A stretch of DNA of 63,780 nt, filler included, from Atractiella rhizophila (lineage: Eukaryota): NCBI GenBank assembly GCA_021432655.1. It is 4 parts of 4 records of this genome, joined end to end, with 100 filler letters (N's around TTAATTAATTAA, not from the genome) between each part and the next. Parts side by side here need not be neighbours in the genome. Positions count along the whole stretch, not along the records: positions 1 to 25,832 come from MU271765.1; 3 more parts are not named here. One strand, 5' to 3'. Of this stretch, positions 1-12,376 are shown in pieces (positions within the stretch are counted from its first letter, which is position 1; each line of letters begins with the position of its first letter). The notes under the pieces were generated by a model. It did not search any database. It had not been told where the DNA came from and was given only the letters and a program-made list of their open reading frames with translations. The position numbers were made by a program, and so were the translations under genes.

Positions 1-780
1 TCCAACGCAAGCTCAACCTGCTCCCTTCCCTTCTTACTCCCAATCCCAAGCCCAACAGCAACCTCGCCCGACCTTATTCGGGAGGAGCGGTCTGCCTTCT
101 GCTGCGACGAACACCGCAAACGCTCGGCTTCCTCCCATGCAGACACGTCCTCCTGCACAACCCCAAACTCAACCCTCTCGCCCACTCTTCGGTGGAATGA
201 GAGCCTCGACTCCCCCACCTCAAGCCACACGACCACCGGCTCCGCCTCAATCATCAGGAGGTCTCTTCGGTAGAAGAGCACCAAGTCCAGGACCTCAAAT
301 GCAGCAGCAGCCTCAGCAGCAAGCCAGAGGAATGTTCGGCATGAGGGCCTCCACTCCGCCACCTCCCCAATCCCAACCACTGAGGTCCGCTTCCCCCAAC
401 TCCTCCTCCCGCTCTTTCTGGGGACGCTCTTCCAATCCCTCTCCAACCACCTCGAGAACAAGCAGCGAAAACAATCACTCTCAGTATAGATACGAAGGGG
501 ACAATATGGACGTTGATCCGGAAATGGGAGGCTTGGGGATGCAACGGCCCTCGACTGCGATGGGGATGGGGATGGGCCGGCCGAGGCTCCCTAGTGTCAC
601 CGGAATGAGTGGAATGAGTGGGTTGGGGAGTTACCAGAGAGGGAGGAGGATGAGTGTGGATATGAGAGGACCCGATGACACCGAGTACATCACTCACTCC
701 AGAAGTAGAGAGAGAAGGACTAATGTGATGTTTTCGTGTTGTCCAGGATGTTGCAAGCGTTAACAAGAGGAACGAGATGA
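1..780 (+). CDS. 3' part of a Pro/Gln/Ser-rich low-complexity protein (5' end outside window)
   Basis: Open frame through ORF 137..763 with repeated GMRASTPPP motif. A probable last intron (gtacat...ctaat...ccag) gives terminal exon MLQALTRGTR* ending at 780. Confidence 0.55.
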
Positions 781-939
781 CTCAAAAAGCCTGCGCAGCT
801 TACCCTGCTCAATGAGGGCACAACCAACCAACCAACTCAGTCAACATTTAGGCTCACAAGCACCAGCGATAAACCGTCTTCAAACACTCAGTTACAAGCG
901 CATCTATTTCATGATTTTGCATCGTCTCCAGCAAGTCAT

Positions 940-997
940 TTTTCATTTCATTCATTTCATTTCGTTTACTTCATTTCGTTCATTTCATTTCGTTCAT
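940..997. repeat. Degenerate TTTCA/TTCGT pentanucleotide microsatellite
   Basis: tttcatttcattcatttcatttcgtttacttcatttcgttcatttcatttcgttcat read directly. Confidence 0.8.
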
Positions 998-2714
998 ATG
1001 CACTGGAGACTTTTAATCACTTCAGTATGCTAACTGAGTCCAAATGCTCTCCGTTCGTTCGTCCAATCTCTGTGCCTGTGGTTAGTGTTACTTTCAGGTT
1101 CATGTCATGGTTCATGTTTAGGTTCTGCCATACTCAGGGAAATCAACCCTTACGTTTTCCTGTGTCCAGGCTCAAATCCCCAAAAACCCTGTTCTACACG
1201 AGACGGGCTAGGCATGGCCTGGAAGCGCGACCACCGAATTTTGAACAGTTTATCAGTATGCCTCCACTGGACCAAATATTTTATTACATTTACCTTTATT
1301 TTGCAACCTTTCTTTATGGTTTTGGATTCACTTTTCCTCAAAGTTTATCTCAAAATTAATTGCCTCGAAAAAATGATCAACTTTCCTCTATTTAATCCGA
1401 TTTACATTGCATAGTATATATTGCTTCCCGCTCGTTGGCAGTGCAAAAGTCTGCCAAATGTTGACCAAGAAGTCATCATTTTAAGAAACTGACCAGGCTT
1501 TCATGCGTCAGTACCCATATGCAGGAGAGGAACAAACATTTTGGTGATCGATGGTCCTCCTATCTCCCCGCCCTAGACAGTATAACAGCAATAAAGGCTA
1601 GAAGAAAACGAGCGCGTCTATGGTACCAGCTGGTGCGACTGCGGGTAATTTCCCCATACCTCGATCAAAGAAACTACAGCCTGCAACATAAAAGGCCGTC
1701 GCCAAAGGTTGAGCCATCTGTTGGTTACAAAAGGTTGTGTTGGTGGGCCAAGGAGGATCTGCTTTCTGCTCCACTGGCAGTGTCAGCAAGTGCCTCTCTC
1801 ATGTCTCCTTCAGACAAACGGCCAACATCTCTCGCCTCTCCGCTGCGGGAAGCGACGATGTCCGCCTCAAACGAACAAGAATTGTAGACGTACTAGGACT
1901 AAGGGCGTCCTTCCACCTGCAACTCGAAGGGCCTCTCGCGGGTAAGCCAGTAAAACCAGTGCGGGTAGGGAATGGACACGGGAATCCATTTGCCAATGTT
2001 GAAACCACGGGCAAGCGGAAGCCACCTGACGACTTGACTTGAGTGGTCATCGCAAAGGCACAATGAGACTACGTAAAGCATTACAATATGGTGTTTCTCT
2101 TTTCTCGCTGCAACGAGAACTAAAAAGGACAATTTATGCTTGGGTTTACACCTTCGCTTCACGCTAAAGGGTGATGAAAAGCTCTAGCATCAGCTGCTGA
2201 ATTGCATGGCTTCCGAAGGCATTGTTGTTCGAAAAGTGAACACAATTAAGTTCTTGGGCTTCTTTGTCTCCTGCAATATTCTATGTTTTCTTCATCTGAT
2301 GCGGAAACCTTCCAGCCCTCCACGACTCCCAACTCCTGCTGCACCGTCATGAGTCTGTCTGAACCCTTCGACTCCCATCCTGCCAGTCATCTCGCGGGTA
2401 AGCCTTTCAACGACTAGGAAGCCCTTGCGGCACAGGGAGGGGTGAGGATGCGATAAGAGAAGTAAACCCTTTCGGTAAAACGCAGCGAACGACGGCTGTC
2501 CACTGTGACGGGCCTAAGCAGCACGGTAACCGCAACTCGCGCTAGGAGCAAGAAGAATCGGGAAGTGGGTAGGAAATACTGAATGTTGCTGGCTATGCCA
2601 CAACATCCATGACCCTTTCCTTACAATAAAAGCTCGAGAATTGACGCAAGTGCTTCCCATCTCCTCCTTGTCTTTTCTCTCCTCCACTTTCAATCACGAC
2701 TAGAAACGACAGTG

Positions 2715-4407
2715 ATGAGACACAGCACATGGCCCACAATCATCTACAACTTTGCTTTGCTTGCATCAACAGCGACTTCAGCACCGTATACAGGTCCAAA
2801 TCCTTTCAAGAATGGACATGAAGGCTTGGGCTCAAAGTACGGCTCACTTACAACTAAAACAGCCGACCCTGCTCAACTTGTCGAGAATCCGTTCCCCATG
2901 ACGTGAGCAGATTTGCTCTCCGCCTTCTGTGTTCTGAGGACGGTATCAGATGCCATGCCGGGTACTCAGGCCCTGGCAACAGCGGCTCGTTCGTAGGTCT
3001 GGCGTGCGTTCCTTCTTCTCTAGAAACTTAGACCTACAGCGTGACAACCACTCCATAGCTGTCATGCTGCAGATCAATTCACTGGCCAGTTCAAGGACAG
3101 AGAAAATGGCAAACAAATCTGAGGACATAAGCAAGCGTCAACCAACATCCGTGACTATCACGTACAATCCAACATTGAAACTGATGAAAGTCCCACTCTC
3201 TCCAACAGCTGTGGCGTCACCCCTAATGAAGAGAAGATGGGACAACTTCGGAAGAAGTAAAGTGACCGCATGTCTAAGAATCGCAAAACTCTAGAATCCT
3301 ATGCAAAGCCGACAACAGAGGCAGGTGCTGTCATTGCCGCGCGCAAGTATTTCCATTAGTTTGCTTCTCTCCATCTCCCCAACCTACTCCAGCTCTTACA
3401 AATCATCAGATTTCCACGTCATCACTGCCAACACGACCAGAGCCGGAGGAAACCTTTCTCGCCTCGATGTAGATTTGAGTGCGCATCTTTTCTTCATTGC
3501 CACGAATGGCGTCCCTGATGACGAGGGTTCAGGCATATTAGCCCTTAATAATGGCTTTTGCAGGGACTGGCCTCCAATTCAAGCTCGCGTCACTGGACTA
3601 CAGTCAAAACAGCACCTGGTTCCTCAAGGCAAACACTTTTGAGCAAGATGCGAATGAGGACTCATCGCTAGCAAAAAGGGAGCACAGATAGATTATGAGA
3701 TGAAGGCCGCTCTGCGCGTAGGAGACGAGAAGGACCTGAACGTTTATACTGTTGCATTTGAAGGCACTCCTTCGTTGCTGGGCTATTCGTAAGATTATCA
3801 TCATTCTTTATCTGGTGGCAGAGACACTGATGATCAGGATGTGATGTGGTAGTGCTTTTCCAGAAGATTACGAGGACAAACCAATCTTTGATGGTGTCCT
3901 TATACATTACCGAACTACTCCGGGAGGAGGATTCACTACGTGAGCACCACAGTAGCCTAATCTAATGAGGTTGATTGAACCTTCATGCACAGAGCTGATC
4001 AAGGAAAGAACTTGGTGCACGAAGTCGGGCACGTCATCTCTCCCTCATCACCATTTGTGCATGGAAGCCCTAACAGACAGCGCAGGCATTGGGTGGGGCT
4101 CTTCCACCCATTCCAAGGCAGCTGTGACGATTCAGATGACGGCGGAGACATGATAGGCTTCCCCCTGCTTCCGCCATGAGGACTACACTCAGTGAGGGAA
4201 CAGGTCGATGACACGCCACCCGAACTCGAACCTACTGGAGGTTGTCCAGTCTCCAATCCACCCAAAACGTGCCCAGGAGAAAATCAGCCAAGCTCCATCT
4301 TCAACTATATGTCATACACTTTCGATGCTTGTAAGAACCAGTTCACTCCTGGTCAGATCACCAGGTTAAGATCACAGTTGGACATGTTTAGGGGGATTGA
4401 AATTTGA
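2715..4407 (+). CDS. Secreted zinc metalloprotease, M43 (pappalysin/ulilysin-like), multi-exon
   Basis: Signal-peptide-like N-terminus. Exons encode FHVI, EMKAALRVGDEKDLNVY, LLGYS, spliced HEVGHWVGLFHPFQG (HExxHxxGxxH), VDDTP and the Met-turn NYMSYTFDACKNQFTPGQITR. Confidence 0.9.
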
Positions 4408-5341
4408 CTGATTGATTGATGTAACTCTAGATCTGTATTCACTTTGATCACGGACTGAATTATCACTCTTTTCCTTCATGTTCGCATTGTGGAAAGTTGC
4501 CTGCGATACTATCCATGCAGTACCGGAAAGTATGAGGTCCTCCTTCTCTGTCCTGACAAGCGACACTACATGGGGTAGCAGCGCTGGCATATTTTTAACA
4601 CGTGACTTCATCACATTTCATTTCCTCATTCACTACGACGTAACTAAGCTTTGCAGCGTCGACCAGCAGACCATTTATGCCTTACGCCTATTCGTAAGCT
4701 GATTTTTTCATTGATCGGTCCAATGAATAACAGTCTAAATAGCATCTTGGACAGGCAAGTGTGAACAGAAAAACAGGGGGACAACGTATCAGGCTTGCGT
4801 AAGCTGATCCCACCGTCATGTTATTCCCACAGCTGTGAAACGTTGCATATTGAAAGTGCGAAAGAGGCTCTTCGTCTCACGTACGGACAAAGCCAGGGAG
4901 AGTCATGAGAGATGAAACTGGGAGAAAGATAACTTTTCGAATAGGTTATGTATGGATTGCCAATGCCTGATTTATTGTATCAAGTACTTCCAAGCATTTA
5001 TATTCCTTGGAAGCAGCGATCCGTTTCGTGCAACTTCTCAGATGAGGTGCCAGCCAGAAATGATTGAGACCTTCCAAGCACTCAGAACAAAAGCGTACCG
5101 ATAACCTGCCTTATAACCGCATTACGTTGACGCCACTTTTCATGTCAATCTGGTGTCGCCGTCTCTGCCGTCCTTGCTAACTTCCCCATTCTTCATACTT
5201 TTTGTCGTCGTTATCTTCGTCGGCTTTCCGCTACAGTACGTCTGTAGTTTTTCTTTGGTTCTTCCCGCATTCCTGATCTCCTCATCAGCAAGACAGACCC
5301 AAGCAAGGAAGTAGTAATACGCAACATCCAAAGTTCACACG

Positions 5342-7778
5342 ATGGCCTCGCAAGAAACGCTCTCCAAGTTCTTCGCACACGTCGACTCCCTCTCCCCCGC
5401 CTTCATCGACCGTCTCTCCAAAGCAGTCTCCATCCCCTCAGTCTCGGGGGAGCCAGTCAGGAGGAAGTTCTGCTTCGAGATGGCAGACTGGCTCGAGGGA
5501 GAGCTCAAGGCTGTCGGGGTTAGTACCGAGAAACGTAGGTTGTCATTTGATCACGTATTTGTTTTGTGTTTGCTTTTGATCCAGCTCGATGTGTGGATTT
5601 GGATTTGCTGATGATTTGATCGATTGGATGCATAGGTGATCTCGGAAAGCATGTTATGGATGGGAAGGAACTCGATCTGCCGCCTATCGTGCTAGGAAAG
5701 ATCGGAGAAGATAAGAACAAAAAGACCATTTTACTCTACGGTTCGTCTCCCTCCATCCACCCAATTCTGTCCTTGCACGTATTCTATTCTCATGTACTTT
5801 TCCTACTTTTCCTACAGGCCACTACGATGTCCAACCCGTAAACACCTCCTTCTCTCCCAATACTGCGAAGTTTCTCACTCCAATGGCTGTACACAGGCCG
5901 AAAAATCAGATGGCTGGACCTATGGTCAGTCGCCATCGATTTCTCCTTTCCTCGTTTCTCAACCCACAATTGATCACAGAGCCCTTCGTCCTAACACACG
6001 AGAAGTCGACTGACCGCGTCCGTTTTTCCTTGTCTGGTCTCTTCGATCATATTCAGAACGATGCTGATTGGTACCGGTGATGCGGGTTGATAGTTGTTTG
6101 GGAGGGGATCTACCGATGATAAAGGTCCCGTGCTCGGATGGATCAACGTCTTGCAAGCACACAAGGAATTGGGCATCGATTTACCTGTGAACCTCCGGTT
6201 CTGCTTCGAAGGTTAGTCCTCCTACACGATCGAAAGGGGACGATCGATCGCTGACTTTGTTTGGTATTGCCCTCTCCAAATGTCTGGTATAGGAATGGAA
6301 GAGAATGGATCCGAGGGGCTCGATGCTCTCGTTAGAGAGGAAGCTGGGAAATATTTCAAAGATGTGGATGCGGTTTGTATTTCGGATAATTATTGGTTAG
6401 GAACTGAAACCCCTTGCTTGAGTTCGTCATCTTCTCCCCCTTCTTTTGGTTTTCCATCACCCTGCAAATTTTGATCGTTCTTTGGCATCAGCTTATGGTT
6501 TGCGAGGTATCGCATATTACAAAGCCACTATCTCTGGTCCTGGAGCAGACCTACACTCTGGAGTGTTCGGTGCGTCACTCTCTTCTGATGCCCTTTGATC
6601 AACGAAATTAATGGTTGCTGTATGGATAGGCGGAACGGTGCATGAACCCATGACCGATCTCTTCCACCTCTTCTCTAAGCTTGTATCCCCTCAAGGTAAA
6701 ATCCTCGTACCGGGATTGAACGAATTGGTGGACCCCTTGACGGAGGAAGAGAGGTCTGTCTCCTCTGAGCTTTGATATACATCTGTACTAATGGACGGCG
6801 ATAAATAGGAAGCGATACGAAAAGATCGACTTCTCCGTCTCCGTACGACATTCTCTTTGAACCGCACATTACACGCTGACTGGGGAACGGCTTTCCTTGA
6901 TCCCCTAGAACTTCGCTACGGCCTCGGTTGGCGCGTCTACGACCCTTAGTGAGGATAAAATCACCACGCTGATGGGTAGGATGCGGTATCCTTCGCTCAG
7001 CTTGCACGGAATTGAGGGAGCGTTTTATGGCGCTGGGTCGAAGGTACGCCTCGTCTGCCCAACCCGCCCCTTGCAACCCTTTACGGAGCTTGGGAAATGA
7101 CACTGCTTGGATTTGGTGCAGACTGTTATTCCCGCTACTGTTCACGGTTCGCCTATGTTTCTCTAGTTGGGAGAAGAGTGCTGATGACGCGTTGGAATAA
7201 AGGAAAGTTCTCCATCCGTCTTGTCCCCAGTTTGACTGTGGCCAACGTTACTCCGTTGGTGGAAAAATACATCAAAGTTTGCCTTCCCTCTCTCTCATGA
7301 AGTTTGCCTGACCATGAATGCGAATGGATTGATAGGACGAATTCGCCAAACTGAACAGCAAGAACAAGCTCTCCTTTGAGCTTTCCCACGGCGGAGAGAG
7401 CTGGATCACAGATCCGAATCATTATAGCTTCGTAGCCGCTTCCAAAGCTACAAAGACGGTGTATGGGAAGGAACCTGATTTCACGAGAGAGGGAGGGAGC
7501 ATTCCGATCGTCTTGAATTTCGAACAGGCGCTTAAGAAGAGCGTCCTCTTGCTACCTAGTACGCCTCATTCCTTCCTTTCTCCTTTCTCCATCTTTCCAT
7601 CTCTCCCCGCCTTGCTTCGTGGTTGGCAACATTCCGGTCTGATGTTGCTTGGTTGGTAGTGGGTAGAGGAGACGATGGCGCGCATTCGACCAACGAGAAA
7701 CTCGATCTCTCTAATTATATCCAGGGCACGAAATTGTTGGGAGCTTACTTGCATGAGGTCGGCGCTGCTCAAGCGTGA
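5342..7778 (+). CDS. DUG1: Cytosolic non-specific (Cys-Gly) dipeptidase, M20A family, Dug1/CNDP2; many short exons
   Basis: [89 protein letters not shown]. Confidence 0.93.
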
Positions 7779-8108
7779 AATGTAGCTGTGTAAGAGGAAC
7801 TTTCGAAACAAAGAAGGAAGCTGTTGTAGCCAAAATAAAAGGTGTAGGAATGGACAAAATGTTTGTTCTCTCATTGCCAGTGAACATTTGAAGAAGTGAG
7901 CAAGGCCCGACAGTGATGTAATTTATATTCAAAAGACGAGGTGTTCATCTTCTCGATGGGCATCGGCCAAAAAGCACAAGGATTACAAAATGTCAAACAT
8001 GTTGGAGTGCACTGAATGGGGTGGTTTCTACATCATGCAGGTCATAAAGATACAGGTCTGAGTGAGTACGGATGTGGGTATGCAAGACAAGTGACAAAAC
8101 AAAGATGA

Positions 8109-11100
8109 TCAGAGGAAGACAGGTCGCAGGTTTCTCCTCCTAGTATCCGTTCGACAAGTTGGGCAACGCCTTCGACGGGCTAGCGCCTGATCGATGCATT
8201 CCAAGCAGAAGAGGTGTCCACACGGAGTCAAACGAGCATTGGTAACGGGTTCGAGGCAGATCGCACAGGGGACTTGGACTATGCCTAATCTCATCCATCA
8301 GACGACTGAGTTCCGATCAATAACTGTACATACCAGTTTCTCCCGTGAACCCTTGTGAAGAGTCAGATTTGAGATTTCGAAGGAACGTCGCAGTTTTGCC
8401 TAGTTCGGCGAGCGCATTGCCGATCTCTCTATCTCTTTCTGATTGCTCCAAGTTTTGGCAGACGGTCAACAGCTGTTCAGCTTCCATCCACAGATCTCTA
8501 TCTTCTGGGGTAAGGGAAGAAGACATCAAGACCTCGGGTGAAAGCTTGCAGAGGCGATGATAATCCGCAGAGAGTGAAGATGTTGGTTCAACTCGCGCTC
8601 CATCACCTAAAGTGACTGCGGCAAGGAGGGAATGACGAAGTGTTTTAACCTCTTGCAAGAAATCACTCGGACTTGGAACAGCGCGGACAGGTTGGAACGA
8701 TTCTGGACGACTTGAGCTCGCCAATGACGGTGGAGGCGACAGAGGGGTAGACGGAACTCCCGAATCGAAGTAAGTGTTGCTGGAGCGACCTGAAATGGAT
8801 GAAGGATTGCGTAGAGAAGAAGTCGACGCGCGGCGTGAACTCGCTGCTGAAGGCTCGATAGCGCTCACCGATTCACCATCGGCTGTTGCTCTTGACTTCC
8901 CTTTCTCACTGGTGGGTTTGTTGTCCATCAGTCCATCCTCCCTTGGGGTGCGGGCGGAGACAGCTGTACGCGACAGTGATTGGAGGCGGCGGAGTGCTTC
9001 CAAAGCTTTCTCTAAAGCTTTCACGTCTTCACCCCCCAGAAGAGTGTCTAGAGCACGAAGGTCGTCCTCAACAATGTTGATGGAGGATAGTTCGCTACTT
9101 GTGGGGACTGTCCATTTGTGAGCGTGTTGTTGCTGGTAACTCCCAACCCTCTCTGAGAAGTTGAGGCATTGCGTTCCGCCTGTAATGACAATGTCAATTC
9201 CGGGATCGCACAAGCGCAAAGTGCATACACCAAGAGAGCCAACCAATCTTCGCATAGTACTCCGCGTGAATTGCGAGTGGTGAAGGTGACGGTGTTGACA
9301 ATGTGGTGTGAGCATCTTCGAAAATGGCACTGTCGTCGTCTATGTCCCCTTCGCCTTCGCAATCAGAGTTTTCTAATCCGAGCTCTATGCCGCTTGAATT
9401 GAGCTCAGGACTTGGGTGGCTTATTGGTGTATCTGAAAACCGGACGGTGGGAGTTTCTCCCCACCTTACAGTCGAAGCCCTGGATCCCATGGACATTCTA
9501 GATGATATTACTCTCGCTTTGTTACAAGCCTGTCAGTAATCTAGAGAAAAGGCTGGACAACAACTTACCCTCCTGAGCGTGCCGCTTCAAGTTATCGTGG
9601 CATCCCTCGAGTAACTGTAATTCCACAGGTGACACATCCACGTGCGAAGTGTCACCATTTCCCCTCCCCTTGATGCGCCGTATAAGCTCCCCCAGCACAG
9701 ATACATCCGTCTCCAGAACTGAACGATCCTGAAGGTGTGAAGAAGCAGAAGGGCCCGCAGAGTCGAGAACGGGTAGCTTATGGTCAAGGACTTTGTGTAG
9801 CTACAACAACCGTGAGTAACCGACACAGCAGAAGAAAATGAGATGTACCTTGAGTTCTGATATCGTGAGGAAAGTTTTGTGACAGAGTTCACAGAAAGCC
9901 TTTTCATCCTGTACAATCTCCAAATTGCTTTCCAACCGGGTCTCAAGCTTCCGGCAAACAGGACAATCGCAACTCTCCCTGACATCCCTCGCCTCTGAAC
10001 TACTTGACAGATGTTGCTCTGGCGACCGCTCAGCATCGCTCCTACATTCGGAGGACCTATCTTCACTATCGGTCGGTTCATTATCCGTATCCGGCTCGTT
10101 CTCCTCAGACTCTGTCGTTTCCGCTTCGGTTTCAGCGTCAAACTGCAACCTCCGCGTCCCCAGCGTCAACTGCGCCAAAGCGCCCCGTACCCCAGCACGA
10201 AACTCTTCTTCCTCCGAACTTTGAACAATACTATCCAGCGACGGAACTCTTCCATTAACACTTCGAGACCGAGACCGTCTTCTGTTAAAACCCGAAGGGG
10301 GAGTAGCAGGGAGGACAGGTGGGGGAGAAGGATTAACGATTCTTGTGGGACCATCGTCGTCGCTTGATCCATTCGCGGAACTCGATATCCTCACGGTCCT
10401 TGTTGACGGAGCAGGTGCACTTTCGTGCGCACGAGGTTCCGTGCCTTCTGGATCGTGCTCAACATGGAGTCGTCCTATACGAGCTGCCAGGTCGTTGAGA
10501 CTTGCCGAAAGCGGAGATGGAGGAGAAGAAGACTGTTGCGAAGGGAAGCGAACTCGAATTGCGTTCAGCCTTTGTTCCCTCATCTCCTCTAATGTCGGCA
10601 TGCGATTAGCTGGTGCTGATGTCGATTCAGAAGTAATCGGCTGAGGTTCAGGCACGAGGAAAGGATTGCGATCGGCGGAGGAAGTGGGCGAATCGTGTGG
10701 CCGTTGAGTGCCCTGTCCATCATGCAAAGGTTCAGTGCTCGAGTGCGTTGGCGACCGTGGCGGCGAGGGAGAGTGCAGGGAGGGGGAAGCCGTGAGGATG
10801 GCCTGGATAATGTGTTCATACACGGGAGGATTGCGGTGACCAGTGTTATTTTGATGCTAATGATGAATGATCAGCGTCTGTCTATGCTGAAAGATCCTTG
10901 AATTAGAAGAATGAAGAAGACCGAATCCCAGGTCTAGAGTGAGATTCTCAAAAGCCTAGAAGCATACAGAGGTGCCTGAACGTTGGAATAGCGCAGGCAA
11001 ATCAATGAATAGTGAATTTGGGTGAACGAAGCGTCTGTTTTTTCTGGAGATCCTAGAGAGCCATGCTAAGATCAAGGTATCAGAGACATATGGTATCTCT

Positions 11101-11931
11101 ACTCCCACCTCTCAATGAGACTACTCTGGAGAGTCGACCAGTCACTCGAGATCATGCTGGGGTTCAAATCAATCATACTCATCAGGGAGCGAACCAATGA
11201 CAGCAGACCCCAGAGCTTTCTATGTGCAATACGGAGATGTTTATTGTCGATAGTGTAGAATGCTTTCACTCGCGGAGCGAAGGTTTCAGGCAATGACGTG
11301 AAAGCGAATTAACGTCCCGCCACAGAGTGTTTGTGGAAGTGGCAAGCATTCCCTGTTATTCATCTCGTCCGCAATTACTTCTTTCAAGCAGAGGATCAAG
11401 ACAACGTCTACCTCAAATCAACGACTGAGTCTGCACAAAAGAATCCATCATGCAAGGAGGGCAACGGTGGCACACCAACAATTTGAAGATAACAAAAAGA
11501 TCACACACCTGTCTAAATGCTCTTTCTTCTCCAAATCCCCTCCCACACCTCTCTCCTCTCGCATTCAAGCCAGCACAAAACCAATGTTCCACTCTGCCCT
11601 CCCCATCCTCCCTCGTCCGCCTCCTCTCCTCTCCCACCACCGGCTCTCCCAAGCAATCCTCACCCCTCCAAGTCGCGCACCCGCTCTCCCTGATCTCGAC
11701 CTCCCGGCTTCCGATATCGGATCGGAAGTATCTGTGGCTGTCGAGAAGGGTGGAGGAAGGAAAGGAAAGACGACAGAAGGGACAGTAGTTGTGGGAGGTG
11801 TTGAGGTGTTGGGAGATTTGGAAGGGGTAGGAGAAGTGGCGGAGAGTGGGGCACCTGTTTCAACGTTCCATGTAGTTAGATATGCATCCTATATGGATAA
11901 TCGAGGAAACGCACAAATGACAGGTTGGCAT
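8109..11931 (-). CDS. Protein with several C2H2-type zinc fingers, long disordered regions and a C-terminal C3HC4 RING (probable E3 ligase)
   Basis: Exon 11931-11915 plus exon 11854-11509 give MPTCHLCPTLRHFSYPFQISQHLNTSH, CPFCRLSFPSSTLLDSH and CAGLNARGERCGRGFGEERAFRQ. The last joins HQNNTGH at 10856. CELCHKTFLTISELK|LHKVLDH follows. The last exon is CAICLEPVTNARLTPCGHLFCLECIDQALARRRRCPTCR...LRPVFL*. Junctions near 9190-9570 are uncertain, so two genes are possible. Confidence 0.65.
10857..11508 (-). other. 652-nt intron with multiple hairpins; candidate intronic ncRNA
   Basis: GTGTGT donor at 11508; GCTGAT branch and TAG acceptor at 10857. Splicing completes a C2H2 finger. Several 7-8 bp stems inside. 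Confidence 0.6.
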
Positions 11932-12273
11932 GTTGAGCACCTAAGTGAACCTCAGAAACCAGAGTTGTCTACCAGAATCGAATGCTCGAATCAATCTTCA
12001 GGGAACCTCATATATCATACGGTAATGCTGATGCTGTTGTGGATGCAATGATGTTCGTTATGGACCAGTTCCCCCATTCGTTCACTCTCGCCCCATGACC
12101 TGCATTTCGGATCCGGGGTTTTCGCATCCAACGAACAAAACACAAATCCCACCACTGCTCAAGTCGATCCTTTGTTGGGAAAATTATGGGTTATGACATG
12201 ACGGGACGAGTTCTTCATAAGTCTGAAGCCATAGAGCAAAGGCCCTTTCTTTCTGTTACGCTGCGTCTAAGGA

Positions 12274-12376
12274 AGCGTTATGAGAGAATACCGGTCTATC
12301 AATGTCAACTTTTCTTTCTGCAGCGTTATGAGAGAATACTGGTCTGTCAATGACAACTTTTCTTTCTGCAACGTTA
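12274..12376. repeat. 48-bp tandem repeat, about 2.1 copies
   Basis: agcgttatgagagaatac(c/t)ggtct(a/g)tcaatg(t/a)caacttttctttctgc starts at 12274 and 12322, with a partial copy at 12370. Confidence 0.9.

Noticed and set aside
11040..11220. TPP riboswitch in the long intron
   Set aside because: The conserved UGAGA core and aptamer order are not present, and the host gene is unrelated to thiamine.
12274..12376. CRISPR-like array
   Set aside because: Adjacent tandem copies with no spacers, in a eukaryotic context with no cas genes.
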